The notes beneath the pieces are model-generated. The model did no database searches. It had not been told where the DNA came from and saw only the letters and a list, made by a program, of their open reading frames with translations. From IMG/VR virus record IMGVR_UViG_3300046171_000155: a DNA stretch of 64,000 nucleotides; one strand, given 5' to 3'. Positions within the stretch are counted from its first letter, which is position 1, and every line of letters starts with the position of its first letter. The translations under genes were made by a program, and so were the position numbers. The stretch comes from a virus. Positions 56,985 to 64,000 of this stretch are shown piece by piece.

Positions 56985-57395
56985 CTAGTGAACGGACATA
57001 CCAGATGTATCAGAATCAAACTCATCTTGTTCCATTTCATTAAGGTACTCTTCTAACGAAAGTTCTTCTTGCATACTTTCCTCTAACTCAGATTTACTAG
57101 TAAACATTTCCATTTCTCTGACGGCATTACCATACTGATTGATCATATCATGAGTAGGTAAAGCAAGAGAAACAATTTTATCAGTAAAAACCATGATCAC
57201 ATTTTGTGGAGTATCTTGATACACCATATATGTTTTGAATGCATAAAACTTAGTGCCATCGTCTAATGTCTTTTCCATCAAACTCAATGCATTATTTACA
57301 ACTAAATGATCTGCAGACTCTTCTAAAAGATTACAGATCAATTCTTCACCTGTTATTAGTTTTAGGTGTTTAATCGAAGAACTCAGATTCGTCAT
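56985..57395 (-). CDS. conserved Sm-like-fold protein between uvsW and 55
   Basis: KL.TGEE.I motif; synteny in marine T4-like phages. Confidence 0.6.
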   Translation of the reverse strand: MTNLSSSIKHLKLITGEELICNLLEESADHLVVNNALSLMEKTLDDGTKFYAFKTYMVYQDTPQNVIMVFTDKIVSLALPTHDMINQYGNAVREMEMFTSKSELEESMQEELSLEEYLNEMEQDEFDSDTSGMSVH

Positions 57396-58890
57396 TCTCT
57401 ACCCTTACCGGCTTTAGATTTATGGGATAGACTTTATATCTAAACCCTTCTTTAGTATATATCTTTATTCTTTCACCACTATGTTTCAGTGTAAAGTTCT
57501 TGTGAGACTTAACGTGAAGATCATCAGCAATATCAAAGAGTCGAGTAGTCCGACCATCATCAGACTGACGAAGACCACGACCAATCGATTGGAGTACTTT
57601 GACTTGAGATTTGGATGGAGTCGCAAATACAATATTATGCAAATTGCGGATGTTGATACCAGTGCTAAAAGTGCCAAGAGAGGCAACAATAATTGCGTCA
57701 TTTTCTTTTTCTACTATACCTCGTATTTGTTCTCGATCGTGGGCATCTACTTCACCAGATACATAGAAAACTTTTCTGTTTTCTTCTGCCATACCCTTAA
57801 TCATCTCATGCAACACCTTACCATGCTTCTCTACAAACTGAAACATAACTAGAGTATTACCCTTTTGATCTAAAGCGAGTTTACTGATAAATTTATTACG
57901 AGGTTCATAGGTGACAATAAAGTCAAGTTCGTCTTGATACTTTCTGTCTTTCATCATGTTGCAAATATCACTATGGTATCTAAGTAGTAATACAGAGATA
58001 TCCAAATCAGCTAGTTGCTTAGACTCTTGAAGTTCTACTGTTCGTGTGACAGTAAATGTTGGACCAAACAAACCCTCCAAGACCAGTTTGTTAGTTTCTG
58101 TGCCGTCAAGCGTACCAGTCAGACCAAATCGATATTTGGCATTGATACACTTGTCCATCATAGTAGTGAGTGACTTTGCTTTGAACAGATGCACTTCGTC
58201 ACCAAACACAGTGTCGAACTGTTCAAACCACTCTTTGCCGAATTTGTAAATAGACTGCCAAGTCGAGATAATGACACGCTTGTCTGTGACCTTTTCTTTG
58301 CCCGAGTAGATGCGATGACAAAACTCATTCACATCATATCCGTAGTCTTCAAAGTCTTTGTACATCTGTTCGACCAGAGAAGTGGTCGGTACAATAACAA
58401 GTATCTTCCCGCTGGTTACTTCGTAGCAGTACCTGAGTAGATTATAGATAATAAATGACTTGCCGCTACCAGTGGGACTAAGGAGTATACATCTGAGGTT
58501 CTCCACCCCATGAGCAATTGCTTTGTACTGATAGTCTCGTGGCTTATAAGGAGCATCAAGCAGAGATAGAAACTCGACCAAAGCAGGATGGTCAATGTCG
58601 TCTTTAAACGAAGGAATGCCATAATTCTCATGTTCGAGTATTTCTAAAGGGTAAAATCTGTCTGCGCAGAAACGACGTAGATGTGTATAGAGACCTACAT
58701 TCATCTGCTTACTTACGGTATTGTAAAGTTTTACCCTACCGTCCCATACCTTTCTTTTGTATGCCGGCATGAACTTATACCCAGGAACAAAGAATGAGAA
58801 ATATTCTCTCAGTTCATTCTCTTGGGCAGGATGCGCTTCCACCATAAAGTGGGAGTGATCCTTCATGCGTATGCGTATCTTATTATCCAC
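57370..58890 (-). CDS. uvsW: UvsW helicase
   Basis: SPTGSGKS, DEVH, GLTGT and LQSIGRGLR. Confidence 0.95.
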   Translation of the reverse strand: MDNKIRIRMKDHSHFMVEAHPAQENELREYFSFFVPGYKFMPAYKRKVWDGRVKLYNTVSKQMNVGLYTHLRRFCADRFYPLEILEHENYGIPSFKDDIDHPALVEFLSLLDAPYKPRDYQYKAIAHGVENLRCILLSPTGSGKSFIIYNLLRYCYEVTSGKILVIVPTTSLVEQMYKDFEDYGYDVNEFCHRIYSGKEKVTDKRVIISTWQSIYKFGKEWFEQFDTVFGDEVHLFKAKSLTTMMDKCINAKYRFGLTGTLDGTETNKLVLEGLFGPTFTVTRTVELQESKQLADLDISVLLLRYHSDICNMMKDRKYQDELDFIVTYEPRNKFISKLALDQKGNTLVMFQFVEKHGKVLHEMIKGMAEENRKVFYVSGEVDAHDREQIRGIVEKENDAIIVASLGTFSTGINIRNLHNIVFATPSKSQVKVLQSIGRGLRQSDDGRTTRLFDIADDLHVKSHKNFTLKHSGERIKIYTKEGFRYKVYPINLKPVRVENDESEFFD

Positions 58891-59332
58891 CGGACTCAAA
58901 CTTTCTGTAATCAATCATGTTCTTTATGGTCGAATGTCTCCAACGAAGAACGTTTAGTATATCTTCTAGAGTATCTATCTGAGTTTTAAGTGCGACTATT
59001 CGGTCTTCAGATTTTTGAATCTCTGGGTCGGATTCGTAGTAGTAGTCCATCTCACCCTTGAGGATCTTGAGACCGTTGAACGGGTCGGGTTCCCAACCTT
59101 TCTCCATGATCTCTTGTTGATCCATCTTACCGTTGTAGTATAACCACTTTTCTTTCAGTAAGATCTTCTGCGCGTTCTCTGCTCGTCGTAGTGACTGTTT
59201 CGTCACGTCTAAATACTCGCGATACTTAGAATGCAAAAGAGGAGTATGTCGTGATGTCTCATCAAGTTGATGCACAGGGATGTTAGAGTCTTCGCGCCAT
59301 TCTTTATGAATGCCTTCTAAATTCAATGTCAT
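58883..59332 (-). CDS. uvsY: UvsY recombination mediator
   Basis: W.EDS.I...LHSKY...WLYYNGK...IKN.I..RKF; synteny. Confidence 0.9.
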   Translation of the reverse strand: MTLNLEGIHKEWREDSNIPVHQLDETSRHTPLLHSKYREYLDVTKQSLRRAENAQKILLKEKWLYYNGKMDQQEIMEKGWEPDPFNGLKILKGEMDYYYESDPEIQKSEDRIVALKTQIDTLEDILNVLRWRHSTIKNMIDYRKFESGG

Positions 59333-59373
59333 TATGTAATCCTAGGGGTCCTATTAGCAACTAATGTATTATA

Positions 59374-60033
59374 CTACTCCGAAGTGATGTAGTCAACACA
59401 ATCTTGCCAATAATCTTCGTTATGCCCTAGGACGTAACTTAACGTCATACGATAACAATTAGTTCGCGCTGCGTGATACACGACATCGCCAGAACCATAT
59501 GCGCCGAAGTGACCTGCCTTTAGTTGCCACCCCTTTTTATCTGGGACTGTAATTACTTCTCTAGTAGTTGAGAGAGTATTTGGATCAACATACTTGAACC
59601 ACCCATCGCCGTTTTCTGACCAAGTAAAAATTAAATTGAAAGCAGACGCATTCGCGTTATTGTGCCATCCAATAAATCCGTTAGGTGGGTATAGAGTAGA
59701 CAGCGCACTTGTTTCTAAACCAAGTTCTGTTTTCATTTCACTATCAAGATAGGACCATGTCTTTGCATATTCTTCGGGGTGTGTTCCTCGATAGAACTCT
59801 TTCTTGATTGGATGACATACTGAATTCTCGGCGGACCCATGATGATCTTCTCCCATACGAATTATGCGAAGCATCTCACCTTCACCCGTATAGTGGTCTG
59901 CCATTCCTACCTGAGATTCAACGAGTATTTGATTCGTTTTCTCTGGTTGATAGAGTTCGCGGTATGTGTACCTGAAATCTTCAAGTAAATCAAGAACCTT
60001 TCGATTCTTAATCTCATAACTAGTGAGGCTCAT
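59374..60033 (-). CDS. 2OG-Fe(II)/cupin-like protein (HxN variant)
   Basis: LYPPNGFIGWHNN...VYHAA..C.RMTL; paralogue of 36977-37657. Confidence 0.55.
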   Translation of the reverse strand: MSLTSYEIKNRKVLDLLEDFRYTYRELYQPEKTNQILVESQVGMADHYTGEGEMLRIIRMGEDHHGSAENSVCHPIKKEFYRGTHPEEYAKTWSYLDSEMKTELGLETSALSTLYPPNGFIGWHNNANASAFNLIFTWSENGDGWFKYVDPNTLSTTREVITVPDKKGWQLKAGHFGAYGSGDVVYHAARTNCYRMTLSYVLGHNEDYWQDCVDYITSE

Positions 60034-60034
60034 G

Positions 60035-60820
60035 TTACTCGTTGTCTACCAAAATAATATCAAATGTTGCTGACACTTGAGTATGTTGACCCGCCACGAC
60101 ATCCACTTTGATGTCAGTCATTTCTGGAACGACTAATGGTACTGGGTATTCAATATCCAGACTTTGACCGCCCGCAGCATTTAAGTTTGCTTTGATTCGG
60201 AATACACCGCCGTCAGTAACTTCACGACAAAACAAACGATATGTCATACGCGAGTTAGTGGATGCTTTGTCGGAACCCAAGTGAAGTCCCAGAATGTAAC
60301 CAGTCTTTCCCGCCGGTACTGTGTATGTTGCCATCAAAGTCTGACCTAGACCAGCGAGAATCTTAGCCGCGAGATCACCGCCTTGATTAATTGTAACATC
60401 GCTTGCGTTGGTAGTAGTAGACATCTTGCATCGGAATACACGAGAGAATGTTAGAGTACCTGTCGCGCCGATAGCAATCGTCTCACTCTGTAGATTATAG
60501 TCTGCGTCTAGACCGTCAACGATCACATCTTCACCAACCTGTGTTAGAGAAGATATGGAAACTAGACCAGCGTCTGGGTATGGGTATGCAACATCGTCAT
60601 CATTACCATCCCAAACAGTTCCTTCTGTCACATCTCCGTCGGTCGCACCAAATTTGTTAATATGTGCGTAACCAGATACATCACCGGCTGCGATTGGGAT
60701 GTTACTTGCCGCGCCAGAGGTGTTTAGGATGTTGCCATCTTTGTCGGCAATCATTACGACTTCGTGAATGTCATTGCGTTTGTTTAGGTGTCTTCCCCTA
60801 CCTACACTATATTGTGCCAT
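60035..60820 (-). CDS. probable virion structural protein
   Basis: INKFG...TVW...GLDADY...QTLMA.YTVPAGKTGY family; in a late operon. Confidence 0.55.
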   Translation of the reverse strand: MAQYSVGRGRHLNKRNDIHEVVMIADKDGNILNTSGAASNIPIAAGDVSGYAHINKFGATDGDVTEGTVWDGNDDDVAYPYPDAGLVSISSLTQVGEDVIVDGLDADYNLQSETIAIGATGTLTFSRVFRCKMSTTTNASDVTINQGGDLAAKILAGLGQTLMATYTVPAGKTGYILGLHLGSDKASTNSRMTYRLFCREVTDGGVFRIKANLNAAGGQSLDIEYPVPLVVPEMTDIKVDVVAGQHTQVSATFDIILVDNE

Positions 60821-60830
60821 AATATGATCC

Positions 60831-61295
60831 TTAGATTAGTTCGTATTCAGTAAATCTGAATGTAGCGTCAAAGTTAAGATATGTGACATCGCCTGCAGTA
60901 GACGTTAGTTCGATGTTCCCTACTTGCGTAGGAATACAGTCTTTGTATTTGATAGTCACATTAGAGTTATTGTGACTTGTGAGGATAATCACTTGAATAT
61001 CGTGATGTGTCGTTTCTTTTGTGCCGTAAGTAATACCTTCCAACCACTCAAGAACTTCCTTGTAACACTCAAGATCTTCGTCTAGGATGAGACTAATAGT
61101 GAGTTCGCCATAGTTGATAGTGTCTGGTGGCAAAGGCAATCTTTGAACACGAGGCACTGCCATCTCAGCAGAAGTACCAGTAGCGCCAGGATGTGATACT
61201 GTATGCGCAAAAAACTTTAGATTGCCGAACGCACGTTCTATGATAACACAGAATCCCGTAGGTTGCAAAAAGTTTTTGTTAGGTGTTAGGTCCAT
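60831..61295 (-). CDS. 3: tail completion/tube terminator gp3-like
   Basis: NFLQPTGF, PG, L.DE....Y.E...W; position after gp23. Confidence 0.75.
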   Translation of the reverse strand: MDLTPNKNFLQPTGFCVIIERAFGNLKFFAHTVSHPGATGTSAEMAVPRVQRLPLPPDTINYGELTISLILDEDLECYKEVLEWLEGITYGTKETTHHDIQVIILTSHNNSNVTIKYKDCIPTQVGNIELTSTAGDVTYLNFDATFRFTEYELI

Positions 61296-61316
61296 AATAT
61301 ATCCTCTTAGTCACTT

Positions 61317-61324
61317 TATTTATA
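61317..61324 (-). promoter_or_regulatory. T4-type late promoter
   Basis: TATAAATA directly after the gp23 terminator. Confidence 0.8.
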
Positions 61325-61329
61325 CGCAT

Positions 61330-61355
61330 AAAAAAAGGGAGTCCGAAGACTCCCC
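61330..61355 (-). terminator. UUCG-tetraloop intrinsic terminator of gene 23
   Basis: GGGAGTC-TTCG-GACTCCC followed by TTTTTTT. Confidence 0.92.
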
Positions 61356-61383
61356 AAAATGACTAGTAGACTAGTTCTTTTTA

Positions 61384-62706
61384 TTATGCCTTGTCTAGGA
61401 TGTTGTCTACACGGAAGATACGGTAGTACTGGTTTACACCCTTAGTTGCATCGATGTCGCTAGTTGGGTTGTCTGTGACGAATGGGTTTGCTGCCATGCC
61501 GTAACGAGTCTTGAAACCAATCTTAGGCTGGAACGTGTTCTCAGCGACTGCTTTCATCATCTGTAGTGGGACGTATGGGCAGTAGAACATACCTGCGTCA
61601 TATGCGTTTGTTCCCTTATAACCTACAGTTACGTAATCAACGTCTGCGTATGGGTCGATAAAGACACGGATACGACCGTTGATTGTACCAGCGAATGTGT
61701 TACCTGTTGTATCAACAGTTAGACCAGCGCCTGGCTGATAGTCTAGTGAACCAGCAGCTGCAAGTGCAGTTGCAACATCAGCAGAACAAACTACGATGTT
61801 ACCCTTACCGCGACGTGTGTCCTTCGCAATTGCGTTTGCTTCACGTTCGATCTGCATTGCAAGAGCCTTGAACTTCTCTGCTGACCAACGACCGTCTGCG
61901 TCTGTAGAGATATCAAAGATACCGCCACCAGATGTCGCAGAAGCGACGTTAGATGTTTGTGCACCTAGTACCGCCTGACCGTTGATTGTACGAATGATTT
62001 CGCGGTTGATTTCAGCAAGAATCTCTGTAGACAGAATGTTTGCTAGTTCTGTCTCAGCGTCAAGACCGTGGATTGCTTTCAAGTCTTGCGCTAGTTCTAG
62101 AGAGTACTCTGCCTTCAATGCGCGTGACTTAGCAGTAACAGTCGCCTTGTCGATCGAGAAACCCATCTCTTGGAACGCTTGATCCGTTGGACCACCACGA
62201 CCTAGAGTCTCAGCTTCTTGTGTTGACATTGGACGACCAGCAAGATCTAGTTCACGTGGAGTTACAGCATCGAATCCAGACATGCCTGAACCGTCTTCTG
62301 GTTGATCTAGAGTTCCACCTAGACCTGAGAAACGAGTTTCAACTTCGTCGAAGAATGTTTCTGGACCAGACATTCCGTTGTAACGTGACTTCATCGCGAA
62401 GATTAGACCAGTTGGTCCTGCCATTGGCTGGACACCACATAGGTCATATGCCATTAGGTTTGGCATTGCGCGACGTACTAGTGAGATTAGAACTGGATCC
62501 CAGTTCGCGATCTGACCGCCAGTTGCGTTAGTTGGTGCTTCTGTTAGAAAACCTTGCATTGAAGCGCGCTCTTCCATTAGAGCTTTTTCTTGGTTTTCTA
62601 GGACGGCAGCAGTTACTGCCTTACGTAGTGGATCAGTGATCTTGCCAGCAGATTCTTCGTTAAGTACTGGTGACCACTTCTCAATCAATGTATCGAATGA
62701 TTGCAT
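61384..62706 (-). CDS. 23: major capsid protein gp23
   Basis: LISLVRRAMPNL.AYD.CGVQPM.GPTGLIFAM, ELAQDLKAIHGLDAE and FQPKIGFKTRYG. Confidence 0.98.
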   Translation of the reverse strand: MQSFDTLIEKWSPVLNEESAGKITDPLRKAVTAAVLENQEKALMEERASMQGFLTEAPTNATGGQIANWDPVLISLVRRAMPNLMAYDLCGVQPMAGPTGLIFAMKSRYNGMSGPETFFDEVETRFSGLGGTLDQPEDGSGMSGFDAVTPRELDLAGRPMSTQEAETLGRGGPTDQAFQEMGFSIDKATVTAKSRALKAEYSLELAQDLKAIHGLDAETELANILSTEILAEINREIIRTINGQAVLGAQTSNVASATSGGGIFDISTDADGRWSAEKFKALAMQIEREANAIAKDTRRGKGNIVVCSADVATALAAAGSLDYQPGAGLTVDTTGNTFAGTINGRIRVFIDPYADVDYVTVGYKGTNAYDAGMFYCPYVPLQMMKAVAENTFQPKIGFKTRYGMAANPFVTDNPTSDIDATKGVNQYYRIFRVDNILDKA

Positions 62707-62717
62707 TTTACTATTCC

Positions 62718-63735
62718 TTATTGCTTAGTGGTTTTACGAAGAGCGTGTAGGTAATTCTCCATTACAGATGAAACCTCTACTTCTTCCTCTGTCGTTTCTT
62801 CGACAGATTCTTCAAGTTGCTCTGGGATTTCTTTTGAGAAGTATGATTCCTTGACAGTGTTAACTTTCGCAACGAAAGATTCTTCGTTCTCGAAGTCAAC
62901 GCTTTCTAGGAGACCCTTTAGCTTCTCCGCTTGTGTATCTGCTAAATCACGTGATGCCTCAGCGATGATAGTGTTACGCTTGTAAGTCTCTAGTTCCTCA
63001 GCAAGTGAAATTGCATCACCAGTAGTTGCGTTTAGCTTTTCTTCTAATTCGCTTACTTGTTCTGCTAGTTCATCAACTAGGTCGACCTTAGTCTCTGGAA
63101 CTTCAACATATGACTCAACGAATAGATCACGCATACCGTTCATGAAACCTTCAGCGATTTCGGTACGTAGACCAGCTTCGATTGCCACCTTGTTTTCTTC
63201 CATCCAAGTTTCAACCACGTAGTTTAGGTATGAATCAACCTTACCGACTAGATCGGTCTTGATTGTTTCGACTTCTTCAGCAAGCTCTTCTGCGTACTGT
63301 TCCTCTAAACGAGTAACTTCTTCAGATAACTTAGTCTTGACCGCAGTCTCAAAAATGATTGCAGTCTTCTCCTTGAACTCTTCAGATAGAGTCGCTTCAC
63401 CTTCAACGATTGCAGATAGTTCTGCGCCTGTGTCTAGTTCTGCAACATCTTCTAGGTCAACGCCTTCGCATCTTGTCATAAGCAGCTTGAACATCTGCCT
63501 TAGTAGATGTCATTAGCTTATTATGCATTGCGTTGATCATTCCCGCCTTGGTTTTTGGTGGGGTAGCCTTTGGAGCAGCTTTCGCAGCCTTGTCTACCGA
63601 AGCAATTGCTTCTGGCTCAGTGACTGCATCTTTGTTTTCTGGAGCTGCTTCTTCGAGAGTTTCCTCCACGATTTCGTTAGTTTCAATCTCGGTATCGCGG
63701 ATTTCACTTTCTACTGCTTGATTTAAATCAGTCAT
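62718..63735 (-). CDS. 22: prohead core scaffold gp22 (frameshift near 63468)
   Basis: LSEEFKEK..IFE.AV, VDSYL.YVVE.W..EN; N-terminal part is in ORF 63457-63735. Confidence 0.9.
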
Positions 63736-63745
63736 AGTGACTCCT

Positions 63746-64000
63746 TTATAGTTTAGATTTGATTAACGAGAGGAAATTCTTGAATTCACGAATCTGCACT
63801 TCAGGACGATGTGTGATAGGTGCTTGCTTAATTTCAGTCTCTATATCTTCAATAGCTTGAGGTTCTAAGATTCCATTATTCCAGACCCAATCTACACCTT
63901 CCATAATCCCATTAACAAATGCTTCAGGTGCTGATGGATCTTGCACGATATCTACCGTATTAAGAATAAAATCATCTTTGACGTACATTACGCCGTTTCT
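63746..64000 (-). CDS. 21: prohead protease gp21 (C-terminal part; runs off the window)
   Basis: DIVQDPSAP.AFV.GIMEG..W. Confidence 0.92.
   Translation of the reverse strand, partial: RNGVMYVKDDFILNTVDIVQDPSAPEAFVNGIMEGVDWVWNNGILEPQAIEDIETEIKQAPITHRPEVQIREFKNFLSLIKSKL

Noticed and set aside
63457-63494. gp22 as two genes or a pseudogene
   Set aside because: An essential scaffold with both halves intact; one missing base explains it.

Overview
64 kb of a T4-like myovirus genome, probably marine, with essentially all genes on the minus strand. From right to left it carries head genes (gp21 partial, gp22, gp23), gp3, uvsY/uvsW, gp55/47/46/45/44/62, regA, gp43, uvsX, gp41, a late-gene block of probable internal-head proteins, nrdA/nrdB and small early genes. 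There are nine dispersed tRNAs, many sigma70-type promoters and several T4 late (TATAAATA) promoters. Auxiliary metabolic genes are numerous: alternative oxidase, isocitrate lyase, IscU, peroxiredoxin, di-haem cytochrome c peroxidase, PsiE, APRT, MTA/SAH nucleosidase, UDP-glucose dehydrogenase/epimerase and Hsp20. These, and the absence of photosynthesis genes in this window, suggest a heterotrophic proteobacterial host (inference). The strongest candidate for a new system is a five-gene DNA-hypermodification operon at 25156-29423: Ntn glutamine amidotransferase, GNAT, amino-acid:DNA transferase, TET/JBP dioxygenase and P-loop kinase. Three of these enzymes end in the same L-E-x-F-F/Y tail as the DNA polymerase, which suggests tethering to the gp45 sliding clamp. 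Also notable are a late-promoter-driven 150-nt structured RNA behind tRNA-Ala, apparently leaderless gp43/dam/primase-like mRNAs, and an NrdA with an inserted glutaredoxin. Several single-base frameshifts, including in essential genes, indicate sequencing errors. All family calls are by motif recognition; no searches were run.
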